Source of the DNA: Spirochaetaceae bacterium
GTDB taxonomy: Bacteria > Spirochaetota > Spirochaetia > DSM-2461
NCBI GenBank assembly: GCA_051531975.1
Contig: JAOPTT010000009.1
Coordinates: forward strand, 224,001-288,000
Direction: 5' to 3'
DNA length: 64,000 nt
Position numbers and translations under genes: made by a program
Notes under the pieces: model-generated
Seen by the model: the letters and a program-made list of their open reading frames with translations, nothing else
What the model was told of the DNA's origin: nothing
The model's database searches: none
Part shown: positions 11,040-22,361 of the stretch, in pieces
Layout of the letters: each line of letters begins with the position of its first letter
Numbering within the stretch: position 1 is the first letter of the stretch

Positions 11040-11110
11040 ATCACTATTTGATATCTGTATACTATATTTGAATATAATTCATTTATTGAATAAATAGTTT
11101 AATAATTGAA
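11040..11110. promoter_or_regulatory. Putative IclR operator sites upstream of the ALDH-ABC operon
   Basis: ATTCAtttatTGAAT at 11077-11091, TTTAataatTGAA at 11098-11110, ATCActattTGAT at 11040-11052. Confidence 0.4.
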
Positions 11111-11226
11111 GTTTGAAATACTAGTATGACTCTTATAAATAATAGTACATAATTCATCTATATCTTGGTTGAGTAAAACCAGAATAGTTTGAATATAAAA
11201 GAGTTTATTTCAATAAAGGAGAAAAT

Positions 11227-11313
11227 ATGTTTGTTTATAATAAAGAAAGGCAATTAGAAGATTTAGGAGGAGGTATTAAAAGAAAAGTTTTAGCATATTA
11301 CTTTCTATATTAA
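11227..11313 (+). pseudogene. Truncated cupin (KdgF-like) N-terminal fragment
   Basis: Strong RBS (AAAGGAG) then MFVYNKERQLEDLGGGIKRKVLAY, resembling the start of KdgF-type cupins, then a stop after 28 aa. Confidence 0.65.
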
Positions 11314-11876
11314 AGAGTTTTTAACCACTCAAAGTAACTTTTTAGAGTAGTTTTACCACGTTTAGGACCTACGCCATCTATTTCTCCAGCAGTCACAATA
11401 AAGTCTGCTAGGTCGCCAAACTGTTTTGAAAGTAGTCTAATAGCTTTTACTAAGAAACGGGCTAACCACATAGGGATTACTGATATTTTTATTGGTTTAT
11501 CTAATACTTTAAAGGCTAGTTCTGCAGCTACACGTTGTGTCAAGATGTCTGGTCCACCAGCTTCAACTTCTAATTCTTCACCCTCTGCTGTCTCTACACA
11601 GACCTGGGCTAGATCGGCACCATGAATAGGATTCATTTTATTGGTTCCTTTTCCTACTAGGTAAGAACGTCCTTTTTTAGCCATGTCTGAGAAATAACCA
11701 CAAGGTCTAACTATCCTATAATCTAGTTTTGAATCTATTAACTCTTTAACAACTTTCTCGTAGGCTATCGTAATTTCTAAATGTTTAATATCTGAATTTA
11801 ATGAAAGGTCTATTAGGTTTTTGTTACACTGGTAGTCTACCTGTTCAAAGGTAAGTCCATCTCTCTGTCTTGATAT
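11310..11876 (-). pseudogene. 5'-truncated atypical SDR / NAD(P)H-binding oxidoreductase
   Basis: Frame of the 11310-11684 ORF stays open to ~11876 (ISRQRDGLTFEQVDYQCNKNLID...DYRIVRPCGYFSDMAKKGR...NPIHGADLA) but has no start codon and no N-terminal GxxGxxG motif. Confidence 0.7.
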
Positions 11877-13051
11877 TTTTTAATGATACACTCTAGTTCT
11901 TTTTGTGTAACTTCAATATGACCACCATGACTAATACGACTTTGGTAGTCTAATTTTTTGATTGGAAGCTGCTTGTTAATACCGTGATGTTTCCACTCTG
12001 TATCTAAACTGTCTGAAGATGAATATTTATAGGTGTGTGTGTGTTGGAAATCATCGTAATATAGATACCACTTTCCATCTTTTAGTGATTTAAATGCAAA
12101 AGGACCTTCTACAAAATCATTAGGATCAGTTACGCAAATATTTTCAAGTTTGAATGAGCCTGGTGTTAAGGTTTGTGACTTTGCCATAATTATATTCTTC
12201 TTACCGGATCTCTCATCTTTACAAAAAAGGTAATAATACCCTTTGTCTTTTGATATGGAAGCATCGATTAATGGAAACTCTGTTTCAAAAAAGCTTAAAG
12301 GCCCGGAAATTGAGATAAAATCCTCTGTTATTGTACAGTAGATAGGCCTTGAGGTTTTATCATCTGTACGAGATTTCCATGGGTGTGATGGATCGGACCA
12401 TAATATTATATATCTGTCTTTTTCAATATCATAATAGGCTTTAGGAGCCCAGACTCGCTTACCTGTTAACTTATGATGAGGGTTATTATCAACAGCCCCT
12501 TTTCTACTAATTCTAATAATCTTTTCATTAAACGTTATCATATCATGGCTATGAAAGTAGAAAATGTATGGTGTATCCCATCCCTGAGTTGCCACAATTC
12601 CAAAAGAACCGTCCCTCATACGGAAGGTGTTAGGATCTCTTAGCCAATTTGTTTTTCCTAGTGTAGCATTAACAACACTTTTACCATTGTTTAGAGGTTC
12701 CCAGTCCAAACCATCATAACTATAAGCTAGACGTAGTCCTGCATCAGGATTCCTTCCACTCTTTTTACCTTCATCATGGTTAAAATATGTCATTAAGTGT
12801 GCAACATACTCATCTTTTAATATAATATCTCTGAAAAAGAACTCCTGGTCACTTATAGTAGCTTTTAATGTAATAACTTCATTCTCTTTAGCACTCTCTA
12901 ACTTTAATATCTTATCTCCCTGGATTTGGGCACTGCCTGAGACAACCAGCCATTTAATAACGTCCCCTTTATCTGTTTCTAAAGGTAGAATTGTCTGTTT
13001 GTCATTTACAATATAACCAATATAATTTGTAAGATATTTACTGATGTCCAT
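11837..13051 (-). CDS. Glycoside hydrolase family 43-like protein with small N-terminal Ig-like domain; 3' end probably truncated
   Basis: 'LAYSYDGLDWEPLN', 'LRDP', 'WAP', 'LIDAS', 'VEGP', 'HG' motifs. RBS GGAGG. Last ~13 codons read out of frame through the SDR remnant. Confidence 0.78.
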   Translation of the reverse strand: MDISKYLTNYIGYIVNDKQTILPLETDKGDVIKWLVVSGSAQIQGDKILKLESAKENEVITLKATISDQEFFFRDIILKDEYVAHLMTYFNHDEGKKSGRNPDAGLRLAYSYDGLDWEPLNNGKSVVNATLGKTNWLRDPNTFRMRDGSFGIVATQGWDTPYIFYFHSHDMITFNEKIIRISRKGAVDNNPHHKLTGKRVWAPKAYYDIEKDRYIILWSDPSHPWKSRTDDKTSRPIYCTITEDFISISGPLSFFETEFPLIDASISKDKGYYYLFCKDERSGKKNIIMAKSQTLTPGSFKLENICVTDPNDFVEGPFAFKSLKDGKWYLYYDDFQHTHTYKYSSSDSLDTEWKHHGINKQLPIKKLDYQSRISHGGHIEVTQKELECIIKKYQDREMDLPLNR

Positions 13052-13265
13052 ATGAAACCTCCGTTACTAAAATGACCTGATACTTATAAAGCCTATATAA
13101 TATATAACACAATATCGATAATTATCTATCAAAAAAGTATAAGTAGATTTATATAACGGGTATAACTTTTTATATAAGGATTAAGGCTTCATTAAGGAAA
13201 ATATGTTCGTAAAATTCATATGTATGGTTTATTATAATAAGAGTAACACTTCATAAAGGATCATT

Positions 13266-16200
13266 ATGAAAACAAAGATAATATTAGTATTAGAATTGCT
13301 TCTTTTTATTACTTTATCTACATATTCTCAAAACTTCACAGATGAAGAGAAGTTATGGATACAAAATAGTCCAGTTCTTAGAGTTAGTAATATTAAAAAC
13401 TGGGTTCCTTTTAACTTTAATCGAGATGATACTCCGCTAGGATATTCCATTGATTATATGAATAAAATATCTAAGATCTCAGGATTAAAAATAGAATATA
13501 TTACCGGTCCTACTAGAGATGACTTTTTTGAAATGATTACAACTGACGGTCTTGATATTTTACTTAATGTTGTGCCTACAGAAGCAAGGGAAAAGGTTTT
13601 GAATTTCACTGATCCCTATCTTATTGTTGCTCCGTCTATTTTTGTAAAGAACTCTGATGATATAATTAATACTGTTGAAGATATATTTGGAAAGACCTTT
13701 GCTATCCCTTCAGGATATTATTATGAAGGGATAATAAAAGAATATCCTGAGATAAATGTCTTAACAGTTAAAGATACAGAAGAAGCTATAATCGCTGTAT
13801 CAAGTGGTAAAGCTGATGTTTTATTTGATTTATCCCCTGTTGTTAACTATCTCATGGATAACCTTTTAGTCTCTAACTTAAAACCTGGTGGAACATTAGA
13901 CTTTGGTGTAGGTAATCTTGTCCCTATATCAATAGGTGTCAGAAAAGATTTACCAATATTAAGATCTATTCTTCAAAAGAGTAGTGATGTTATACCAGTA
14001 GGTTATATAAAAGAGATAAGAAGTCATTGGCTTGGATACTCTAGCGAAGAGAATGACCTAGACCTTACTGTAAAAGAGTTAAGTTTTTTAGATTCTCATC
14101 CTATAATTCGTGTGCATAATGAACTGAATTGGCCACCATTTAATTATAATGTTAATGGGGTTCCATTAGGTTTATCAGTAGAATATATGGATCTGTTGGC
14201 AGAGAAGATCGGTATCGATATTGAGTATGTTTCAGGCCCTACATGGAATGAGTTTCTAGATATGATTAAGCAAAAAGATATTGATCTGATGCTGAATATT
14301 GTAAATACACCTGACAGACAAAATTATATGCTTTTTACAGAAAGTTACATGAATAACCCAAATGTAATTGTCTCCCACATTAGTAATAAGTTTAATAATT
14401 TAGAATCCTTAGGTGGGAAACGAGTTGGTATTGTAAAAGGTTTCTTTTACGAAGAGATTATATCTAAAGATTTTCCTAATATTAAAATAATACCTTTTAA
14501 AGATGTTGAAACAGGCTTAAAAGCTCTAAACTTTAACCAGATAGATTCAATGTTAAGCGAAGAGGCAGTAGTTAATTATCTTATAACAGATAACTATCTA
14601 TCAGAAATCGAGATAACTGGAGAGATAGAGTTAGGATCAAAAAATTATCAAAAATTAAATATTTCTGTTCGAGATGATTGGCCAGAAATGCAATCTATTT
14701 TAATAAAAGCAATGGCAAGTATTACTAGTGCAGAGATGCTTGAACTAAAAACTAAATGGAACAGTAATTTATCAAATAGTTTAGCTGAAGTTAATGATGA
14801 ATCAGCCATTAATAAAATATTCTTCATTTTTATTATTATGGTGGTTCTATTAAGTATTATATTTTTTGGCCAGAAGTTTATTAAAATTAAAAAGATAAAT
14901 TATGGTACATTTAATATTAGAAAAATGAGGGTTTTTAGTCTTACTATATTAGCTATTAGTATGACCGTAATGTTGATTATTTCAATTATGGGTACTCAAA
15001 ATATAAGACAAAGAGCAATTAAAAAAACTGAATCAGAACTGTATACTATTGTCACTACGACCCAAGAATCTTTAGAAGTGTGGACTGATCGTAACTTAAA
15101 ACAGATAAAACTAGAATCTACAAGTCCTGCATTGTTGGCAATTATAGAGGACTTATTAGAACTTCCAACAGATAAAGAGACATTAATTAACAGTAAATCT
15201 CAGCATGATATTCGATACTACTTTAATAAGCTAAATCCTTATCGATTCTCTGATGGTTTTTTTATAATTTCTCCAGAAGGTGTAAATATAGGTTCAAACC
15301 GAAATATTAACCTAGGTGAAAAAAATATTGTTTATCAATATAGACCCGAGTTACTAGATAACACATTTTTAGGTAATGAGACTTTTATACCCCCAGTATA
15401 TAGTGACGTCTTTAATCGAGGTGATAATCCCACTGGTAATACTAGTCTATTTTATGCGGTACCAATAAAGGATGATACCGGTAAAATAATCGCAGTTATG
15501 ACTCAACGTGAAGATCCAAAAATAGAGTTTGAAAGGATTTCACAAATAGGAACTATTGGTAACACTGGGGAGACATATACATTTGATAGAAATGGATACA
15601 TGCTTAGCCCAAGTAGGTTTAATAAAAACCTTGAGGAAATTGGTATTATAAAGCAGGGCGAGTCACCAATTCTTAATCTGATGATTAAAGACCCTCTAAT
15701 AGACCTAACAAAGAACTCATCTGAATCCATCGGTTTTGATAAGTTAGAATATACTTTTATGGTTAAGGATGCACTGGAAAATGGTTCTGGTATAAATACC
15801 CAAGGTTACAGAGATTACCGAGGTGTTGAGGTTTATGGTGCCTGGATATGGAATGAGTATCTAAACTATGGTATTGCAACTGAAATTGATAAAGATGATG
15901 CGTTATCTTCATATTATGTTACCAGAAATATCTTTATAGTTTTAATTATTATAGTATTTTTATTGTCGACAGGTGCTACCCTGTTTAGTATATCAACAAG
16001 TGAGGCTGCAAATAAATATCTCCAGGATTCAAACGAGAAACTTGAAGATCGAGTTGAAAAAAGAACTAAAGAATTAAATGTTTCAAAAAGAAATTTAGAG
16101 AATACTATCGAGGCATTAACCCACCCATTTTATGTTATCGATGCCAATACTTACGAGGTCATATTGGCAAACTCTGCAGCTAAAAAATCAGCTGATGGTA

Positions 16201-19097
16201 AAGATCTTACAACATGTTATAAGTTGACCCACAGGGTTGATACTCCCTGTGATAGTAAAGAACATCCATGCCCACTTAAAGTTATTAAAGAGACCAAACA
16301 ACCATACGAAGTAGAGCATATTCACTATGATAAAAATGACAACCCGATCTTTGTTGAAGTTCATGGTTATCCAATATTTGATGAAGATGGAACATTAACT
16401 CAGATGATAGAGTACTCTCTTGATATTACAGAGAGAAAGATGGCAGAAGAAGCATTAAAAAAGGCCCAAATAAATAGTGATTTTGCATCAGACATTGCCA
16501 AATTAGCCTATTGGGAACAAGATTTTAAAAGCAATACATACACTGTGAATGATAACTTTTATAAAATAGTTAATACCACAGCTAAAGCTGAGGGTGGATA
16601 TGTATTAAAATTTAAAGAATATCTAAATAGATTTGTACACCCCGAAGATCATAGTTTAATAAGAGATAAGTTAATGTATCATTTTAACTCTCCTGAAGTT
16701 GTTACAGGTCAGTTTGAATACAGAGTTCTACCAAGAGGTGGTGGGCTGCAACATGTATTTATTAAATATCATATAACCTATGATTCTAATGGACAGGCTA
16801 TAAGTGCCAATGGAATACATCTGGATATAACAGAAAGAAAGAAATCAGAGAATGCTCTAGAATTAGCAAAAAATATGGCTGAAGAAGCTACAAAAGCTAA
16901 ATCTGATTTCCTTGCAAATATGAGTCATGAAATAAGGACTCCCATGAATGCTATAATTGGACTTTCTCATCTGATACAGAAAACGAATTTAGATGTAAAA
17001 CAAACCGATTACATACATAAAATATATGGCTCTGCACATAATCTATTAGGTATTATTAACGATATTTTAGATTTCTCTAAAATTGAAGCCGGAAAAATGA
17101 CTATGGAGTTAATTAACTTTGACCTTCATGAAGTATTTGATAATTTAGGTGGGATGATTAGTCAAAAAGCTTTAGATAGTGGACTAGAACTTATCTTCCA
17201 TATATCTACAGATGTTCCATGTCAACTTGTAGGAGACCCTTTAAGGTTAGGGCAAGTTCTTCTAAATCTGGTCAATAATGCTATTAAGTTTACTGATTCA
17301 GGGGAGATTGTTGTTATTGCAGAACTTATAGATGCCACTGAAGAAAACGCGGAAATTAAGTTCATGGTTAAGGATACTGGTATTGGTCTTACAGAGGATC
17401 AACAAGGTAAGTTATTTAGATCTTTTAGCCAAGCAGATACCTCTACAACAAGAAAATATGGTGGTACAGGTTTAGGTCTATCTATAAGTAAAAAACTTGC
17501 GGAACTTATGGGTGGAAGCATTGGAGTTGAAAGTGTTTATACAAAGGGGTCAACTTTTTACTTTTCAGGTCTGTTTGAGCGCCGTGATGAAGTAAAAAAA
17601 GATATTATACCAATTGAGTTTGCTAATATTAACGTTTTAATTGTAGATGATAACTTAACAAGCCGTGAAGTTCTAACTGAATACGTTAAGGGTTTTTCAC
17701 TGAATTCAGTGGCTGTAGATAATGGGAATGAAGCTATACAGATTATCCAGAAAAAATATGAAGCAAAAGAAAAAGGTTTTCAGTTAGTTCTAATGGACTA
17801 TAGTATGCCCGGCCTAAATGGTTTCCAGACTGCTGAAAAAATAAATGAGATATTAAGTCCCCAGGAAAGACCTAAATATATTCTTGTAACAGGTTATGGT
17901 AGAGATGAAATTCTAAATGGTGTAGAAAATAATAATTTTGTAGGTTTTGTTTTAAAGCCTGTGAATCAATCTCTACTTTTTGATACAATTATGCAGGCAT
18001 TTGGTCAAGAAACAAACGCTGTAAAAAAACAGTCTAAGGATGAGTACCCAGTTGGTTTTGATAAAATAAGAGGGGCACATATATTGCTGGCAGAGGATAA
18101 CCTAATTAATCAGCAGGTTGCTACAGAATTATTAGAAAGTGAGGGCTTTTATGTGGAAATTGCTAATAATGGGGAAGAAGCTGTCTCTTTAGCCTTAAAA
18201 AATAGCTACGATATCGTTTTAATGGATCTACAGATGCCTATAATGGACGGATATGACGCTACTAAAGTAATAAGAGAGACAATAGATATCGATACTCTTC
18301 CTATTGTAGCTATGACAGCAGATGCAATGTCAGGAGTTAGGGATTCAGTTATAAATATCGGTATGAATGATTATGTTACAAAACCGATTGAGACAGATTC
18401 TTTATGGAAATCCTTGAATAAGTGGATAAAATCTGGAGAGCGGAACTTACCAGAAAACTTTACTAATAATGACAACTTAAATGATAAAACAGGTATTCCT
18501 AAAATTGATGGAATAGACACTGTCACTGGTCTAAAAAGAGTTGGAAATAATATAGAACTATATACTAAATTGTTAAGTAGATTCTTAGATGATCAAAAGG
18601 ATTTTACTGGTAAAATTAGGAAACTATTAAAAGATGAAAACAATGAGGAAGCAAAAAGAGAAGTCCATACTGCCAAAGGTGTTTCATCAAATTTAGGAAT
18701 TAATAATTATTGGGAAGAGATGAAATTGATGGAGATCTTAATTGAAGATGATAAGGAGCTAGAAGACTTCTTTAATAAGGTCGATGAAGATTATAACAAT
18801 GTTTTAATAGCTGTTCATAGTTCTGGGATATTAGATAATAAAGATGAGCAAAGTGAAGATAAAAAAGAAGTTGATATTCCATTTTTACTAAATGAGTTAG
18901 AAGCAGTTAAATTGACTCTAATAAAGAGAAAACCTAAACCAACATTGGAATTGCTTTCAACATTAAGCAGTTATAATATAACAGATGAAATCAAATCAAT
19001 TGTTAATGAAATAAAAACTTCATTAGAAAAATACAAAATGAAAGAAGCTATTGTATCTATCGATAAATTAATAAAGTTACTAGAATCTAATAAGTAA
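13266..19097 (+). CDS. Hybrid sensor histidine kinase (2x PBPb, Cache-like, 2x PAS, HisKA, HATPase, 2x REC, HPt)
   Basis: Two 'WxPFN' SBP_bac_3 domains, '[14 protein letters not shown]', 'GGTGLGL', receivers 'VLMDYSMP' and 'VLMDLQMP', HPt 'VHTAKG'. Confidence 0.92.
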   Translation: MKTKIILVLELLLFITLSTYSQNFTDEEKLWIQNSPVLRVSNIKNWVPFNFNRDDTPLGYSIDYMNKISKISGLKIEYITGPTRDDFFEMITTDGLDILLNVVPTEAREKVLNFTDPYLIVAPSIFVKNSDDIINTVEDIFGKTFAIPSGYYYEGIIKEYPEINVLTVKDTEEAIIAVSSGKADVLFDLSPVVNYLMDNLLVSNLKPGGTLDFGVGNLVPISIGVRKDLPILRSILQKSSDVIPVGYIKEIRSHWLGYSSEENDLDLTVKELSFLDSHPIIRVHNELNWPPFNYNVNGVPLGLSVEYMDLLAEKIGIDIEYVSGPTWNEFLDMIKQKDIDLMLNIVNTPDRQNYMLFTESYMNNPNVIVSHISNKFNNLESLGGKRVGIVKGFFYEEIISKDFPNIKIIPFKDVETGLKALNFNQIDSMLSEEAVVNYLITDNYLSEIEITGEIELGSKNYQKLNISVRDDWPEMQSILIKAMASITSAEMLELKTKWNSNLSNSLAEVNDESAINKIFFIFIIMVVLLSIIFFGQKFIKIKKINYGTFNIRKMRVFSLTILAISMTVMLIISIMGTQNIRQRAIKKTESELYTIVTTTQESLEVWTDRNLKQIKLESTSPALLAIIEDLLELPTDKETLINSKSQHDIRYYFNKLNPYRFSDGFFIISPEGVNIGSNRNINLGEKNIVYQYRPELLDNTFLGNETFIPPVYSDVFNRGDNPTGNTSLFYAVPIKDDTGKIIAVMTQREDPKIEFERISQIGTIGNTGETYTFDRNGYMLSPSRFNKNLEEIGIIKQGESPILNLMIKDPLIDLTKNSSESIGFDKLEYTFMVKDALENGSGINTQGYRDYRGVEVYGAWIWNEYLNYGIATEIDKDDALSSYYVTRNIFIVLIIIVFLLSTGATLFSISTSEAANKYLQDSNEKLEDRVEKRTKELNVSKRNLENTIEALTHPFYVIDANTYEVILANSAAKKSADGKDLTTCYKLTHRVDTPCDSKEHPCPLKVIKETKQPYEVEHIHYDKNDNPIFVEVHGYPIFDEDGTLTQMIEYSLDITERKMAEEALKKAQINSDFASDIAKLAYWEQDFKSNTYTVNDNFYKIVNTTAKAEGGYVLKFKEYLNRFVHPEDHSLIRDKLMYHFNSPEVVTGQFEYRVLPRGGGLQHVFIKYHITYDSNGQAISANGIHLDITERKKSENALELAKNMAEEATKAKSDFLANMSHEIRTPMNAIIGLSHLIQKTNLDVKQTDYIHKIYGSAHNLLGIINDILDFSKIEAGKMTMELINFDLHEVFDNLGGMISQKALDSGLELIFHISTDVPCQLVGDPLRLGQVLLNLVNNAIKFTDSGEIVVIAELIDATEENAEIKFMVKDTGIGLTEDQQGKLFRSFSQADTSTTRKYGGTGLGLSISKKLAELMGGSIGVESVYTKGSTFYFSGLFERRDEVKKDIIPIEFANINVLIVDDNLTSREVLTEYVKGFSLNSVAVDNGNEAIQIIQKKYEAKEKGFQLVLMDYSMPGLNGFQTAEKINEILSPQERPKYILVTGYGRDEILNGVENNNFVGFVLKPVNQSLLFDTIMQAFGQETNAVKKQSKDEYPVGFDKIRGAHILLAEDNLINQQVATELLESEGFYVEIANNGEEAVSLALKNSYDIVLMDLQMPIMDGYDATKVIRETIDIDTLPIVAMTADAMSGVRDSVINIGMNDYVTKPIETDSLWKSLNKWIKSGERNLPENFTNNDNLNDKTGIPKIDGIDTVTGLKRVGNNIELYTKLLSRFLDDQKDFTGKIRKLLKDENNEEAKREVHTAKGVSSNLGINNYWEEMKLMEILIEDDKELEDFFNKVDEDYNNVLIAVHSSGILDNKDEQSEDKKEVDIPFLLNELEAVKLTLIKRKPKPTLELLSTLSSYNITDEIKSIVNEIKTSLEKYKMKEAIVSIDKLIKLLESNK

Positions 19098-19227
19098 TAT
19101 TGTTAATTATATCCATAAAAACTTCTAATGTTTCAAAAAGTGGTTATTAGAAATATGTCCTTTTTGTTTACAACTTAATTCATCCATATTTAGATCATAA
19201 TCTCATGTAATTTTTTTATTAATTTAT

Positions 19228-19296
19228 TTGACAATATAGAATCCAAGGTGTAGTCTGAGTTAATGCTATCTTAAGAAATCTTAAGATAGCATTAAC
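19228..19296 (+). promoter_or_regulatory. Sigma70 promoter followed by a 38-bp perfect palindrome (putative operator)
   Basis: TTGACA (19228-19233), 17 bp, TAGTCT (19251-19256). GTTAATGCTATCTTAAGA-aa-TCTTAAGATAGCATTAAC at 19259-19296. Confidence 0.7.
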
Positions 19297-19320
19297 GTAA
19301 TAATAAGAAAAGGAGCAAAA

Positions 19321-20484
19321 ATGATTATTTTTTTAAAAAAAGAAGTATCTATTCTGATGGTATTACTATCAGCTCTTCTACTTTTTAGTGGTTGTACAGC
19401 ATCTACTAAAAAGAGTAAAAGTGTCGCTAAAGATGAAGTTGTGGTAGTTGAAAAAGAGATGACCCACGATGAACTTGTAGCTGCTGCCCAGGCAGAAGGA
19501 AAGGTCGTAGTATACTCTGTTTCAAGTCGTATATCTAAGGCTGCAGTAACTTTTGAAGCTAAATATGGAATAAAAGTAGAAGCGACAAATCTAAAAGACT
19601 TCGAACTTATTGAAAAAGTTTCAAAAGAGGGAAGTACTGGAGTTAAAGGTGCTGACTTTGTTCTTGCCCAGGATGGTGGAAGAGTTATGGGTGAACTTAT
19701 AAACCTTGATTATCTCTACAACTATGTCCCACCAACAATGAAAGATATTATTCCAGCAAAATATCAGGAACCTCTTGTTTTTTCTATTATTAACAAAGTT
19801 TTTATATACAATAATGAAAAAACTAACGAATATCCTTTAACAAATATTTGGGAATTGACGGAGCCTAAGTGGAAAGGTCAATTTCAATTTAAGAATCCCT
19901 TCCAAGAGGGTGTTAATGCCAATTTTATGACTATGGTGACTTCTGATAAAGTTGCTAAAAAAATTGCCGATGCCTATAAGTCCTTATATGGGAAAGATAT
20001 TGTTTTAACCACCAAAAATGCAGGTTATGAATGGATTAAGTCTGTTTTTGACAATGGACTAGTTTTAACAAGTTCTGATACAACTACTGCAGAAAATATT
20101 GGGATCCGGGGACAGGCAAAGCAACATGTTGGACTCTTTGTATACTCCAAATTTCGATATGCTAAAACAAAAAACCTGGCACTAGCTCCAATTATGGAAA
20201 TGGAACCATTTTCCGGTTTCTACTATCCAATCTATGCTCTAATGAGTAGGGGTGCAGAAAATGAGTATGCTGCAAAGCTCTTTATAGAACACCTTTTAAC
20301 TGAGGAAGGATTTAAACCTTGGAGTGTGAATATTGGTACTTATTCGTCTAATCCTACTATAGGAATACAGGAAGGAGACCACCCTGTTTCTGTATGGGAT
20401 AAAATCCTTGTTGAGGAAGATCCTGAGTACTGTTTTGAGAACCGTGCTGAAGTAGAAGCATTTCTTAACAATTATATTTACTAA
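19321..20484 (+). CDS. ABC transporter substrate-binding lipoprotein (Fe3+/thiamine/sugar-phosphate, AfuA/FbpA-like class)
   Basis: Lipobox 'LFSGC', 'AAQAEGKVVVYS', 'IWELTEPKWKG', 'AAKLFIEHLLTEEG'. Confidence 0.82.
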   Translation: MIIFLKKEVSILMVLLSALLLFSGCTASTKKSKSVAKDEVVVVEKEMTHDELVAAAQAEGKVVVYSVSSRISKAAVTFEAKYGIKVEATNLKDFELIEKVSKEGSTGVKGADFVLAQDGGRVMGELINLDYLYNYVPPTMKDIIPAKYQEPLVFSIINKVFIYNNEKTNEYPLTNIWELTEPKWKGQFQFKNPFQEGVNANFMTMVTSDKVAKKIADAYKSLYGKDIVLTTKNAGYEWIKSVFDNGLVLTSSDTTTAENIGIRGQAKQHVGLFVYSKFRYAKTKNLALAPIMEMEPFSGFYYPIYALMSRGAENEYAAKLFIEHLLTEEGFKPWSVNIGTYSSNPTIGIQEGDHPVSVWDKILVEEDPEYCFENRAEVEAFLNNYIY

Positions 20485-20500
20485 TAAAGCAAATCATAAA

Positions 20501-20534
20501 AAGATAGGACACTAAATCCATAGTGTCCTATCTT
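20501..20534 (+). terminator. Intergenic hairpin after SBP gene (mRNA stabiliser or partial terminator)
   Basis: 14-bp perfect stem AAGATAGGACACTA / TAGTGTCCTATCTT with 6-nt loop. Confidence 0.65.
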
Positions 20535-20563
20535 ATATTAAAATAAATTAAGTAGAGGGTAAT

Positions 20564-22357
20564 ATGAATTCAGCTAATAGGTTTAAATCCTTTATAAAAA
20601 AACCTCACAATATAATTTTGGTAACGTTGGTTGTAGTTTTGACTTACCTGACGGTTGTCCCATTGTTTACAATATTAATGGACACATTTAAAGTTCATTC
20701 ATCTGAACTTATGCAGATTAAAGGTTCACGTCTAGGAGATCTGACACTTTTTCACTGGAAGCAGGTTTTTTTTAATCCAGAAAATAGTGCTAAAATTTTC
20801 TATATTCCATTTTTAAATACACTGGGAGTGGCCCTTGGTACATGTTTTATTTCCCTTACTTTAGGGGGGATGTTTGCATGGCTTATTACCAGAACCAATC
20901 TTAGATATAAAAATTTGATGTCCACCCTTTTTATATTTCCATATATTATGCCTTCGTGGACTCTAGCTATGGCATGGTTGAATTTCTTTAAAAATGATCT
21001 AGTAGGGGGAGTTCCAGGATTCTTCACATCAATAACTGGTCTTATGACACCAAACTGGTTTGCATATGGTGCATTTCCTATTGTTATGGTTCTTGGACTT
21101 CACTATGCACCTTTTGCTTATATACTTATTGGTGGAATCCTCCGAAATATGGATGCTAATCTTGAAGAAGCAGCCTTGATCCTAAAAGCAAGCCGTGCAA
21201 AAATTATGTGGAGGGTAACTATACCTATTGTCCTACCAGCAGTGTTGTCCACTTTTCTTCTAGTTTTTTCTAGTTCTATGAGTGCCTTTGCAGTTCCAGC
21301 TTTTCTTGGAACGCCAGTTAGATTCCAAGTTTTAACAACCCAGATGTTTAGGACTTTAAACGGTCTGAATCCGGGATACGGCTATCTAATGGCTCTGGTT
21401 ATGATTCTAATAGGTGTGTTTATACTTTCAGTTAATCAGAAAATTATTGGGAAAAGACGTTCCTATACAACTATTACCGGTAAGAGTTCTAATATAGCGC
21501 TTATTAAATTAAGGAAAATAAGAACACCTCTATCTATTCTATTAATGGCTATGATTCTTATGGTATGTATAATGCCTTTAATTTCTTTTGCTGTTGAGTC
21601 ATTTATTATGGAACCGGGAAATTACTCCCTAAGTAATCTAACGACTCAGTTCTGGGTAGGAGAAGGTAGCCTTGAGATTGCTAATGGAGAACCTGGTGTC
21701 TTACGTAATCCATCAATTTTTACAGGATTGATGAATAGTATAAAGTTATCAGTTATAATCTCCTTTATTGCAGGTACCGTAGGGATTTTGGCTGGATATG
21801 CAATAGTGAAAAGAAAAAATTCAAAGCTATCCCTTGCAGTCAACAATCTAGCTTTTTTCCCTTATCTAATGCCTAGTATGGCTTTTGGAGCAATATACCT
21901 CTCCATGTTTGCTATACGTCGTGGATTTATTCCATCTCTTTACGGTTCCTTCGCTCTACTTGTTCTTATCGGTGCGGTTAAATATCTACCCTTCGCTTCC
22001 AGGGCAGGCGTTAGTGCTATGCATCAGCTTAGTAATGAAATAGAAGAAGCCGCAACTATTATCGGTATTTCATGGTTTAAGCGAATGACACAAATTATTA
22101 TACCCATTCAAAAGACGAGTTTTTTATCGGGATATTTATTACCTTTTATATCGTGTATGAGAGAATTATCGCTTTTTATACTTCTTGTTACACCTTCATC
22201 AAAAATTCTTACAACCATGCTCTTTCAATATAATGAGAAAGGTTGGAATCAGTATGCCAATGCCATAAATCTGATGATTGTAAGCATAGTCGTTATTAGT
22301 AATGTTTTAATAAACAAATTTACAGGAGCTTCTGTAGATAAAGGAATAGGGGGCTAA
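20564..22357 (+). CDS. ABC transporter permease (FbpB/AfuB-like, two TMDs)
   Basis: Two EAA motifs ('NLEEAALILKAS', 'EIEEAATIIG'), 597 aa, hydrophobic. Confidence 0.88.
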   Translation: MNSANRFKSFIKKPHNIILVTLVVVLTYLTVVPLFTILMDTFKVHSSELMQIKGSRLGDLTLFHWKQVFFNPENSAKIFYIPFLNTLGVALGTCFISLTLGGMFAWLITRTNLRYKNLMSTLFIFPYIMPSWTLAMAWLNFFKNDLVGGVPGFFTSITGLMTPNWFAYGAFPIVMVLGLHYAPFAYILIGGILRNMDANLEEAALILKASRAKIMWRVTIPIVLPAVLSTFLLVFSSSMSAFAVPAFLGTPVRFQVLTTQMFRTLNGLNPGYGYLMALVMILIGVFILSVNQKIIGKRRSYTTITGKSSNIALIKLRKIRTPLSILLMAMILMVCIMPLISFAVESFIMEPGNYSLSNLTTQFWVGEGSLEIANGEPGVLRNPSIFTGLMNSIKLSVIISFIAGTVGILAGYAIVKRKNSKLSLAVNNLAFFPYLMPSMAFGAIYLSMFAIRRGFIPSLYGSFALLVLIGAVKYLPFASRAGVSAMHQLSNEIEEAATIIGISWFKRMTQIIIPIQKTSFLSGYLLPFISCMRELSLFILLVTPSSKILTTMLFQYNEKGWNQYANAINLMIVSIVVISNVLINKFTGASVDKGIGG

Positions 22358-22361
22358 TCCA

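Noticed and set aside
11227..11890. Mobile element at the deletion scar
   Set aside because: No transposase fragment, terminal inverted repeats or target-site duplication visible.
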